Shown piece after piece: positions 9,244-18,400 of a stretch of DNA of 64,000 bases. Below the pieces are notes generated by a model that saw only the letters and a list, made by a program, of their open reading frames with translations, did no database searches and was not told where the DNA came from. Within the stretch, counting starts at the first letter, position 1; every line of letters begins with the position of its first letter. Location: the NCBI GenBank assembly GCA_045402985.1, contig JAXIPJ010000246.1, positions 2,264 through 66,263 of the forward strand, written 5' to 3'. Both the position numbers and the translations under genes were made by a program. Source of the DNA: Anaerolineales bacterium (lineage in GTDB: Bacteria; Chloroflexota; Anaerolineae; Anaerolineales; Villigracilaceae).

Positions 9244-10020
9244 ATGACGCTTCAGTCCACATTATTATTCAATACCCTCTTCGCCGTGACCTCCGCCAGC
9301 ATTTATGCTTATGTTGGCTGGCGCTTGAGCAAGCGTGTTATTTCTTCTTCAGAGGCCAGGCTGGCCTGGGGATCATTTACGGTATGGTGGTATGGGCTGG
9401 CGGCAATAACATTGATCGGCGGTTTCCTGAGTTTGTTCGGCGCGTTCGGACTGACGAGTCTCCCGCTCTTTGTGACCGCGACCTATATTAATATTCTGGT
9501 CATCTGCGTCGCGCTATGGGGTCTTTTGTATTACCTGATCTACTTGTTCACAGGGAACAGACGATTACTCCTACCTTTGGCTGTCTTCTACATCATCTAC
9601 TATATCTTGCTTGTTTACTACATCACTGCCAGTACTCCTGAAAACGTAAACGTGGGCCGTTGGAATACAACACTTGCCTATCGCGCGCCTCTAACAGGGC
9701 CTTTCTTTGTCCTGATAATCGTTTTGCTCCTCTTGCCACAGATTATTGGCGGACTTGCTTACTTTACACTCTATTTCAAAGTGCCGGAGGCAACGCAAAA
9801 ATATCGTATTCTCCTAGTCTCCTGGAGCATCATTGTCTGGTTCCTAAGCCCTCTATTCGCGCTGGCAGGAGGATTGGCGCAACAAGATTGGTGGCAGGTT
9901 GCGAGCCGGTTCATCGGGTTGGCCGCCGCTCTGACTATTCTGATGGCATATCTGCCGCCGCGCTGGTTGAAACAGCGTTATGGCATTCTTTCACTCAGCG
10001 ATGAGAGCCAGGCCGGATGA
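9244..10020 (+). CDS. Seven-transmembrane protein of unknown function
   Basis: 258 aa with seven hydrophobic segments and no soluble output domain. Confidence 0.8.
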   Translation: MTLQSTLLFNTLFAVTSASIYAYVGWRLSKRVISSSEARLAWGSFTVWWYGLAAITLIGGFLSLFGAFGLTSLPLFVTATYINILVICVALWGLLYYLIYLFTGNRRLLLPLAVFYIIYYILLVYYITASTPENVNVGRWNTTLAYRAPLTGPFFVLIIVLLLLPQIIGGLAYFTLYFKVPEATQKYRILLVSWSIIVWFLSPLFALAGGLAQQDWWQVASRFIGLAAALTILMAYLPPRWLKQRYGILSLSDESQAG

Positions 10021-10050
10021 AACTTTACTCTGTAATGAAAGGGTAAATGT

Positions 10051-10188
10051 ATGGAAGACAAAATGATTTTGATTGTGGAAGACAACTCCTACGTGCGCAA
10101 GCCGGTGGACTTCACTGAATTTCTTGAAGCTGCAGGTCAGCTTGGCCTGTATTGGCTGGTGGTGAACGAGTTATCTCCGCGCAAGTAA
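10051..10188 (+). pseudogene. Internally deleted paralogue of the 8554-9003 response regulator
   Basis: [12 protein letters not shown] joined in frame to [33 protein letters not shown]; about 100 central codons including the phospho-Asp are missing. Confidence 0.85.
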
Positions 10189-10200
10189 GGAAAAAATAAT

Positions 10201-10367
10201 ACGAACATCTTTGCGCGTCCTGCCTGGCTCGACATTACAACAAGGCACCAGATGAGGTAGTCTTTACATCGTATGGATGGAGAAGCGATTTGAGCGATGT
10301 GGAGATTTTGGAGAAGCTGCTGGCGTTGAATTTGGAGAGGAGCAAGCTTAAGAGACAGTCACCTTAA
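10201..10367 (+). repeat. MmeI-like methyltransferase 3'-end fragment, copy 4 (frameshifted)
   Basis: TNIFARPAWLDIT/fs/DEVVFTSYGWRSDLSDVEILEKLLALNLERSKLKRQSP*. Confidence 0.85.
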
Positions 10368-10402
10368 AGTTGAATGTCTCTTCGCAATTGGCTTAAATTA
10401 TA

Positions 10403-10711
10403 CTAGCGACTCCAAGAACAATACCTGAGTTTATCCAGATTATTGTCTAAAACGGCATCAGCGGTGGAACGGATATGATACTGGCGACAATAAGTGCACC
10501 AATACTTTTCGACCATAGCTGTTTTGCCTGAAGTAACGCCTTGTGTATAAAATTTCTCTCCAGCATCAAGCTTTTGGACCACCTGTGCCAGAGTAAAGCG
10601 TTCGTTTGCTTTATTTGGGTCACTGCCAACCCCCACCGCTACGATATGAGCATGTGTGGGTGGTTGGGATGCAGGTTGTTGTTCTGTACAAACGATCCTA
10701 TATGTTGACAT
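10403..10711 (-). CDS. DUF3892-like protein with CxxC insert
   Basis: YRIVCT..HIVAVG..FYT..CTYCRQYHIRSTADAVLDNNLDKLRYC; same pattern as 14814-15101; AGGAG RBS. Confidence 0.7.
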   Translation of the reverse strand: MSTYRIVCTEQQPASQPPTHAHIVAVGVGSDPNKANERFTLAQVVQKLDAGEKFYTQGVTSGKTAMVEKYWCTYCRQYHIRSTADAVLDNNLDKLRYCSWSR

Positions 10712-10741
10712 AATCTAATCTCCTTATGATTACCCTTATGA

Positions 10742-10969
10742 TTACCCATCTGGTGGATATGGATCCTTGCCATAGGTATGTTCGGTTTGAATTTGTCCAT
10801 TTTTCTTGTGAATCACAACTTGCGACGGCTTTTGTTTTTTAGCAATATTTACTCCACCCTTTACGGCATTGCCCTTGATTCGATGGTTGCTAATCACTTT
10901 GCCACCCTTCTTTACCGACCAGTTTCCGTTATTGGGAACAATATGAATCTTTTGTCGAGATTTAGTCAT
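10742..10969 (-). CDS. DUF2188 family protein
   Basis: HIVPNNGNWSVKK...VVIHKKNGQIQTEHTYGKDPYPPDG. Confidence 0.85.
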   Translation of the reverse strand: MTKSRQKIHIVPNNGNWSVKKGGKVISNHRIKGNAVKGGVNIAKKQKPSQVVIHKKNGQIQTEHTYGKDPYPPDG

Positions 10970-11099
10970 TTGAACTCCTTTTCAATTTCACTTACTCACT
11001 AATACTGACTAATTTCATTTTCTCGCCAATTGGCAAATTTTTGGCTTATCTCGGTATTAAAGAGTGTAACTACTTGATCGACAGGTAGAGGAGAATGTA

Positions 11100-11717
11100 C
11101 TGAACCCAGATTCATTTAACCTGCTCCAGCAATCCGACTGGGGATCAATATATAAAAGGCTGACACGATATGCCGTCAGACGCGCTCAATTTTATGGTTG
11201 GTATGATAGCGAAACGCAAATGCTGTCTGGAAGGGATTTCACCGTTGATGACATTGTTCAACACGTAATGGAAAAAACGTTATCGGGAGAACGAAAGTGG
11301 GATCCGAAGCAAGGCTCATTATTGCCCTGGTTAAAAAATCAGATAAAAAGCGTTATGGATGCTTGGATAAAGCGGGAATCAGGAAAACATGAAATATCTT
11401 TTGGAGATGATGAGAATGAAGACGACGAAATTAATGAAGGTCGGACTTCTTCTGTCAAAATGGAAAACACTGTCGATGCCAATTCACCACAACCAGAAAC
11501 AGCATTACTCGAAAAAGAAACGGCAATTGCACAATCAAAAGTAATCAATCGCGTATTTCAAGCAATATCAGGAGATACAGAATTGGAGGAACTTTTTGAT
11601 GCGATAACTGAAACAGGCAGCACAAAGCCGCGTGTCATTGCAGATTATTTAAAAGTAGAAATCAGTGAAATTAACAATCGGAAGAAACGTTATTACAGGC
11701 GTCTTGCTGAACTATAA
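11100..11717 (+). CDS. ECF/sigma-70-like protein, probable CTG start
   Basis: Frame open upstream of ATG 11220 (DWGSIYKRLTRYAVRR); DDIVQ..LSGERKWDP..LLPWL region-2-like; C-terminal HTH IADYLKVEISEINNRKKR; GAGGAG 6 nt before CTG 11100. Confidence 0.65.
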   Translation: MNPDSFNLLQQSDWGSIYKRLTRYAVRRAQFYGWYDSETQMLSGRDFTVDDIVQHVMEKTLSGERKWDPKQGSLLPWLKNQIKSVMDAWIKRESGKHEISFGDDENEDDEINEGRTSSVKMENTVDANSPQPETALLEKETAIAQSKVINRVFQAISGDTELEELFDAITETGSTKPRVIADYLKVEISEINNRKKRYYRRLAEL

Positions 11718-11741
11718 ATATAAACCCAGAATAGGGCCAAA

Positions 11742-12197
11742 ATGAATAACAATAAACGTATAGAAACTGAAGAGCAACTTTTGCAAGCTCTTGAGGAATT
11801 CTTTTGTGACGTAACTGAGGATGAATCAATTGAAGATATAGAAAAAGAACTAAGAGATTTAGGTTACGACCCAGGTAAACTGGAGCAAAAAGGGATAGAA
11901 ATCTCAATACGTCACTTAACTAACTCACCATTGAATTGGCGAAACACTGCTGAGCAGGCAATTAAAACCGCCAGAGTCAGACTTGATGAAACAAAATCTC
12001 AGGAGCTTCAAAACTTAGACAGAGCATCATTAATCAGCGAAATTCAGAAAATCTTAGACACCTTAGGTCGCAAAGATTCCAAATTGATACCCGCACATTT
12101 TAGAAATTTCGAGACAGCATCCGAAAGTGACTTACTTAGCATACTTAATCAGCTCCAGTATCTTAAGTCCAACAAGAAAAATGAAGAGGGGGAATAG
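11742..12197 (+). CDS. Hypothetical protein (possible anti-sigma or protease substrate)
   Basis: 151-aa helical ORF between the sigma-like gene and the ImmA/IrrE gene; stop overlaps next start. Confidence 0.7.
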   Translation: MNNNKRIETEEQLLQALEEFFCDVTEDESIEDIEKELRDLGYDPGKLEQKGIEISIRHLTNSPLNWRNTAEQAIKTARVRLDETKSQELQNLDRASLISEIQKILDTLGRKDSKLIPAHFRNFETASESDLLSILNQLQYLKSNKKNEEGE

Positions 12198-13021
12198 TGT
12201 CTTATCCGATATCAGCAGCAGATCGACTTATTAGTGACCTTGGTATTAATGACTTAGCTGATTTATTCCGCCTTGAAGAAATCGCTTGGGCAAGAGGAGT
12301 ACTTGTAACGGATGATAAGCTTGAGGGTGCAGAAGCTAGCCTCGTTATCTCGTATAGTCAAGGAGTGATTACAATCTCCACAGCCATGCAAGATCAAAGA
12401 CGAAGGAGGTTTAGTATCGCACATGAGCTAGGACATTTTGAATTGCATAGAGGCACTCAAGAGCTATTAATTTGTCTAAATCAAGATATCCGAGAATCAC
12501 CGCATAAAGATGTAAGCAACAAATTAGAACAAGAAGCTAATGAGTTTGCTTCTGAACTACTGATGCCTAAACGTTTTTTTGCTCCATTGTGTCTCAGTGA
12601 AGAACCATCATTGTTGTATATATCTAGCCTTGCAAATAAATTTATGACATCGCTCACGGCAACAGCATTGAAGTATATAAAATTTTGCAATGAACCTGTT
12701 GCTATAATTCTGTCACAAAACAACAAGATACAATGGTTTCAAAGTTCTCTTGATTTTGATAAGCTTAGAGATGATCTAAACTTTTTCATTAAACCACAAA
12801 GTATTCTCGACCCCGATACACTAGCAGCAAAATTACTCAAGGACCCAAATTATCCCAAGAAAAAAACCAGAACACAAGCATCACGTTGGTTCATGCTAGG
12901 GAAATACAACAAAGATGCCACAATCGAAGAGCATTCGATTGCAATGCCAAACTACGAAGCTGTTCTGACATTGCTTTGGATAGATGATGAATTAGAGGAA
13001 GATTACTACGATATGTGGTAG
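12197..13021 (+). CDS. ImmA/IrrE family metallo-endopeptidase (DUF955)
   Basis: RRRFSIAHELGHF (HExxH), EQEANEFASELLMP, FMTSLTA. Confidence 0.92.
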   Translation: MSYPISAADRLISDLGINDLADLFRLEEIAWARGVLVTDDKLEGAEASLVISYSQGVITISTAMQDQRRRRFSIAHELGHFELHRGTQELLICLNQDIRESPHKDVSNKLEQEANEFASELLMPKRFFAPLCLSEEPSLLYISSLANKFMTSLTATALKYIKFCNEPVAIILSQNNKIQWFQSSLDFDKLRDDLNFFIKPQSILDPDTLAAKLLKDPNYPKKKTRTQASRWFMLGKYNKDATIEEHSIAMPNYEAVLTLLWIDDELEEDYYDMW

Positions 13022-13028
13022 AGCAAAA

Positions 13029-13048
13029 CGGGCGAGGAAACTCGCCCG
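13029..13048 (+). terminator. Hairpin after ImmA/IrrE gene
   Basis: CGGGCGAG-GAAA-CTCGCCCG; weak U-tract. Confidence 0.55.
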
Positions 13049-13478
13049 CTAACGTTTAACCTTCAAACTTTCCAACTTTCTAGCACTCGCTAAACCCACA
13101 GGTGTAAAACTCTTGGCGCGGGTTGCCCATGCAACCTCTTCATTCAGCATGGCGGCATTATATCCCTTCACTGTTCAGAATGGTCAATATCTGTGACAGC
13201 ATCACTGTGAATTTGGAGAGGGCGAAGCCGGGAATAAAAATTGCTACGCAGATAGATAGGTTGGACGCTTCGACACTTCTTACAGTCGCAGCGCGACGCA
13301 TCACCCCCGTCCCCTGCGCGCAGCACCCCGGTGGGGCTGTCCGCTTTGTGGGAGGTGTTAGCGAAGTATATGAGTTTTGTTGAATCGAAGGGGGTGGGGC
13401 AACCAAACACAAGCATGTGTGATATGATGAAACAAGATAAGTCAATTAGAAATTGTAACTGATACAGTTTACCCTTGC

Positions 13479-13515
13479 GGCCGTCTGCGTCATTTGCAGA
13501 TGGCCCTTTTATTTT
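13479..13515 (+). terminator. Intrinsic terminator-like hairpin upstream of SnoaL gene
   Basis: GGCCGTCTGC-N7-GCAGATGGCC followed by CTTTTATTTT. Confidence 0.5.
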
Positions 13516-13644
13516 CTCTAAAGGGCGTCTCTGCCCAAACTGTGCGACCAGTCACAACGGGGATCAACACATTCTGACTTAATCCAACCCATATATGCGC
13601 CTCTCTTCACGAGACGCACACCAATCATATAAGGAGAAGAACCC

Positions 13645-14085
13645 ATGTTATCAGAAACCAACAAAACCGTCTCGCGCCGTTTCTTCGAAGAAGTCTGGAA
13701 TAAAGGGAATCTGGCTGTACTAAACGAGATTATCGCCCCGGACCACGTCGACAGTGGCCCAGGCACTCTTCCCGGGCTGCCGACTGGCCCCGAAGGCAGC
13801 AAACAGCTCGTCACGGTGTACCGCAACGCCTTCCCGGACGTTCATTTCACGATTGATGAACAGATCGCTGAAGGGGATAAGGTCGTGACGCGGTGGACAG
13901 GGCACGGCACGCATCAAGGTGAACTGGCAGGCATCCCCGCCACCGGTAAGTCGTCCACTGTCACAGGGATTAATGTAGACCGAGTTGTGAATGGAAAAAT
14001 CGCCGAGAGTTGGGGCATCTTTGACCAATTCGGCATGATGCAACAACTGGGCGTCATACCCGTGCCGGAGCTGGCAGGCAAGTAA
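13645..14085 (+). CDS. SnoaL-like ester cyclase
   Basis: NKTVSRRFFEEVWNKG, AFPDVHFTIDEQIAEGDKVVTRW, GTHQGEL.GIPATGK; AAGGAG RBS. Confidence 0.93.
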   Translation: MLSETNKTVSRRFFEEVWNKGNLAVLNEIIAPDHVDSGPGTLPGLPTGPEGSKQLVTVYRNAFPDVHFTIDEQIAEGDKVVTRWTGHGTHQGELAGIPATGKSSTVTGINVDRVVNGKIAESWGIFDQFGMMQQLGVIPVPELAGK

Positions 14086-14150
14086 CTCATCGGGTCATTC
14101 CCCATGAGTCCTGCAAAGTATTCCTAGTCATCGCTGGTGTGCGCCTCTTG

Positions 14151-14336
14151 AAAGGGCGCACACTTACGAACTTGTACGACGCACGTCCCACGTCCCACCT
14201 GGCTTGATCTCGCTCACAAGCGGCTCGATGAGGCAGTCTTTGTCGCGCGTATTGGTGAAAGTCTGATTTGAGTGATGAGGAGGTTTTGGAGAAACTGCTG
14301 GCGTTGAATTTGGAGAGAGCGAAAACAATGGGATGA
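14151..14336 (+). repeat. MmeI-like methyltransferase 3'-end fragment, copy 5 (frameshifted)
   Basis: KGRTLTNLYDARP/7-nt duplication ACGTCCC/TWLDLAHKRLDEAVFV/fs/SDEEVLEKLLALNLERAKTMG*. Confidence 0.85.
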
Positions 14337-14382
14337 TAACGAAGGATGAAGATAAAGATAGTTGAATCTTAGGAGGGTAATC

Positions 14383-14604
14383 ATGATAGATATAAATGCC
14401 ATCATCACCTGTCCACAATGCGGGTTTGCCAAAAGCGAACAAATGTCGCCTGATACTTGAGTCATTTTCTATGAATGCGCCAGTTGCGGCGCGGTACTTC
14501 GGCCAAAAGCAGGCAATTGCTGTGTGTATTGTTCATATGCAGATAAGCATTGTCCGTCCAAACAGAGAGAAGCACAAAATCGAGTCAACGGAAAGGATGA
14601 TTGA
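14383..14604 (+). CDS. GDCCVxC-domain (seleno)protein with in-frame UGA
   Basis: AGGAGG RBS; MIDINAIITCPQCGFAKSEQMSPDT-(TGA 14458-14460)-VIFYECASCGAVLRPKAGNCCVYCSYADKHCPSKQ...; hairpin GCGCC-AGTTGC-GGCGC at 14477-14492. Confidence 0.8.
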
Positions 14605-14692
14605 TAATCTGGTCTCCCCATTATCTAGAACCTGCGAATTAATTGACACTGGTTCTCCATTTGAGTATCCTTGTCCCCTCACATCGTCCCGA

Positions 14693-14728
14693 CACTTGGA
14701 CCGCACCGCGTTCGGCGTAGTGCAGGTG
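14693..14728. repeat. 36-bp palindromic micro-element, copy A
   Basis: CACTTGGACCGCACCGCGTTCGGCGTAGTGCAGGTG; similar to 45893-45928 and to the ends of 34367-34437. Confidence 0.7.
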
Positions 14729-14813
14729 TGTCCTTCGGGAGGTTGCCGCTTTTTATTGACTCGCGCGCCTATTTTGCGCGATAATCAATTGATTTCACAA
14801 GAAGGAAGAAAAA

Positions 14814-15101
14814 ATGGCTACCAGAGTCGAAATCCGTTGTATCAATAAGAGTGACCACGTCACTCCATACGAACGCATCGTCAACGTTGGCGGCGTCACT
14901 GCAGGCGGAACACCCTGGAAACTGTCACAAACTGATGCCATTCACTACATTGTCAAAGACACTTATTTATTCTATGTCAAACGGGACGGCAAGAAAGTTA
15001 ATGTAGTGATCGCAACCAGCCAATACGGGTATAAATACTTAAAAACGACAGCAGATGGAGAGCAGCCTGATAATTTGCTCAGCCTGCCAGAGTGTCCTTA
15101 A
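14814..15101 (+). CDS. DUF3892 domain protein
   Basis: IRCINKSD..PYERIVNVGG..WKLSQ..FYV..KYLKTTADGEQPDNLLSLPECP. Confidence 0.88.
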   Translation: MATRVEIRCINKSDHVTPYERIVNVGGVTAGGTPWKLSQTDAIHYIVKDTYLFYVKRDGKKVNVVIATSQYGYKYLKTTADGEQPDNLLSLPECP

Positions 15102-15468
15102 AAAGGGTTCAGCAACTCAAGCAGGCAACTGCTGTACCTACAGCTCATATAGCTCATATGCAGACAAGCACTGTCCATCGAAGGAGAGGAAAGAGCAGCG
15201 ATGGTGAAGTATGCCCTTAGGAAAGCGCCAGAGACTATAAGATCGTGTCACATAGCGGTGTAAGCCGATCATGTTTCCCTTGATTTTCTGCCTGAAAAGC
15301 TTTATATTCACAATATAATTGCAGTATGAAGACCCGAATTTCGCGGGATAGTGTGAGGGATAAATAGAGCATGCAGGCCATTGAAATTTTCGCTATAAAA
15401 GAGAGCATCATAGTGCAATGGAAGCAAACCTCCGTTGTGATAACCTTAGAAACCCAAGGCAAGGAACC

Positions 15469-18400
15469 ATGAGTGAACCTGTCCGCATTTTGATCGTTGA
15501 AGACGTGCCTACGGACTTCGAGCTGGCACAGCGCGAAATCCGCAAGGTAGTGAAAGAGTGTGCATTTCAACAAGTGGAAACACACGCAGGTTTTCTCGGG
15601 GCCCTGGAAATATTCCAGCCTGACTTGATCCTGTCTGACTACCACATGCCCGCCTTCGATGGGCTTACCGCCCTGAAACTAGCTCAGGAACATGCAAAGC
15701 TGACTCCCTTCATCATCTGGACGGGCACAATGGGGGAAGACGTTGCTGTTGAATGCATGAAAGCCGGGGCGGTCAACTATATTCTAAAGGAAAATATCAA
15801 ACGGCTGGGACCTGCAGTAGCCCATGCGCTGGAGGAGAGGCGTTTGTTACTCGAGCATAAGCAGGCGGAAGAGACCATACACAATAACGAAAAACGTTTC
15901 CGCGCCCTGATCGAAAACGGACGGGACAATATTTCACTCCTCGCCGTGGATGGCACCTTGCTATGGGAGAGTCCTGCTACTATCCGCGGTTTGGGTTACG
16001 AGCAGGATGAATTCGTGGGCCACAACATCTTCGAATTATTGCACCCTGATGATCTGCAATGGACCAGTGAGTTATATGCCAAACTGTTGCAGGAGCCTGG
16101 CAGCCGCCAGGATGGTATTTTCCGCCTGCGGCATAACGATGGGTCCTGGCGCTGGAATGAGGCCACGGTCACCAACATGCTGAACGAACCTGGTGTGAAT
16201 GCGATTGTGGTCAACTATCGCGATATCACCGAGCGCAAGCGGGCAGAGGAGATGTTAAAGGAAGAACGAAACCTCCTTCGGACGTTAATTGATAACCTGC
16301 CTGACCGCATCTATGCCATGGATATGCAGGGCCGTAAAACCTTATCGAACACCGCAGACTGGATGGCGTCCGGCGGGAGAACGATGGAGGATGTTCTTGG
16401 AAAGACAGACTTTGATACCTATCCACCTGAACTGGCAAAGGATTTCTGGGCTCTTGACAAGGCAATCCTGGATTCCGGGGAACCCGTCATTAACTATGAA
16501 GAACCCGGGCTCGATTCCGAAGGCAACCCAGTCTGGGTATTGTCAACCAAGGTACCGCTCCACGATAGTGATGGAAAAGTAGCAGGGCTGGTGGGTATCG
16601 GCCGCGATATCACTGATCTTAAACGAGCGGAGATGGAACGCCAGGCCCTCCTGAAAATTATGCAGGACCTGCCCAGCACCGACGATCTGCAGGAATTCCT
16701 GAAGCTCATCCATCGTTCGATTGCCGGCGTGATCTATGCGGAGAATTTCTTCGTTGTGTTCTACAATAAGGATACCGGCTTATTTGAAGAAACTTATTCT
16801 GTAGATCAGTACGACCAGCCTAGTCCACCATCCGCACTTGAAAAGAGTATTACCTCCTACGTCTTTCGAAGCGGTGAACCCCTGCTCCTGACTCAGGCCC
16901 GGTTCGACGAACTTGCCAGACAAGGCGAAGTAGAACTTGTGGGCACCGATTCGGCGTCCTGGCTGGGAGCGCCGCTCAAAACACAGAATGGAACGATCGG
17001 TGTCATTGCCGTGCAGCATTACGATAATCCAAACCGCTATACGGAACGCGATAGAGACTTCCTGGCATTGATCGGATCTCAGGTTGCCCTGGCCATTGAG
17101 CGCAAGCAGGCGGAAAAAGCACTGCGCCAAAGTGAGAATCGATATAGCCTGGCATCCAAAGCCACCAATGATGTGATCTGGGAATGGGAGCAGGAAACAA
17201 ATCAACTCTTTTGGAACGAGAACTCTTTCTCTGTATTTGGATACGCAGCTGGCGAGATTGGTATGTATGAAACATGGTGGGAAGATCATATTCATGCGGA
17301 TGACCGCGAGCGCGTGCTATCAAAACTCAGCGCTTTTACAGCCGGAGACCAGGCTATTTGGACCGATGAATACCGCTTCCTGCGCAGGGACGGTTCATAC
17401 GCGTTCATCATGGACCGTGCCTACGTCGATCGTGATGCCAGTGGCAAGGCACTGCGCGTGATCGGGGCCATGTCTGATATCACCGAGCGCAAGCAGGCGG
17501 AGGATCAATTAAATTATCACGCCCGCCTGCTCAGGCACATCAACGATGCGGTCATTGCCACCGATGACCAGTTCCGCATCACTGCCTGGAACCGCGCCGC
17601 CGAGAAGATGTATGGCTGGCGCAGCGAAGAAGTCATGGGGCATAGCGTCTCTGAAATTCTGAACTTCGAACTCACTGATGAAGAGCGGGCAGCAGCCAGA
17701 GAAATTCTTAAAGAAAGCGCTACTTCCCGCAGCGAAAGGATCTATCGTCGCAGGGATGGACGAACTATATACGTGGAAGCCAATACAATTGCACTTCTCG
17801 ACCAGCAAGGCAGGATGACCGGTTATGTAAGTGTCCATCGCGATATCACCGAACGCAAGTGGGCGGAGAAAGCGCTATATCAAAGCGAAGAACAGTATCG
17901 AAGCCTGTTTGAAGATTCACCCATCTCACTTTGGGTGGAGGATTTTTCCGGAGTAAAACCGCGCCTGGATGAATTGAAGGAAAAGGGTATAGTAGATATT
18001 CCAGCATATTTTCGAGAACATCCCCACATCGTAACCGAATTGGCAAGACACGTCAGGATTTTGGATGTGAACAATGCCGCGATGAAGTTGTATCATGCCA
18101 GACAAAAAAGTGAATTGCTCGGAAACCTGGGGAATGTTTTCAACATTATGACACCCGAACAATTCGAAACTGAACTTATACAGATCGCGAATGGCCGCCT
18201 GAACTTCGAGCGGGAGCAGATGGATCAGACCCTGACAGGTGAAAAAATTCATGTCAACGTGCGCTGGTCAGTCGCTCCGGGGTATGAAGACAGCCTTGCA
18301 CAAGTGATCGTCTCAACGCTTGATATCACCGAGCGCAAGCGGGCAGAGGAACAAACCCAGCTTCAGCTCCAACGCGTACGGGCCTTGCACGCCATTGACA

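Noticed and set aside
13123-13445. Overlapping short ORFs downstream of the ImmA/IrrE gene
   Set aside because: Three mutually overlapping frames with no recognisable motifs; cannot support any as a gene
6965-14336. Repeats as a CRISPR array
   Set aside because: Units are 140-250 bp, protein-derived and separated by kb-scale genes; no cas genes
6965-14336. Repeats as DGR template/variable regions
   Set aside because: No reverse transcriptase in the window; differences are mainly third-position and not adenine-specific
3265-14336. R-M specificity shufflon with alternative target-recognition domains
   Set aside because: Intervals hold unrelated complete genes, not TRD fragments; all copies are direct; no invertase seen
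14396-14848. 150-aa ORF from the track
   Set aside because: Out-of-frame shadow of the UGA-containing GDCCVxC gene and runs through a palindromic repeat
3265-15101. Classical integron, prophage or IS element
   Set aside because: No integrase, transposase or phage genes recognised, and no attC-type RYYYAAC...GTTRRRY sites noticed at cassette ends
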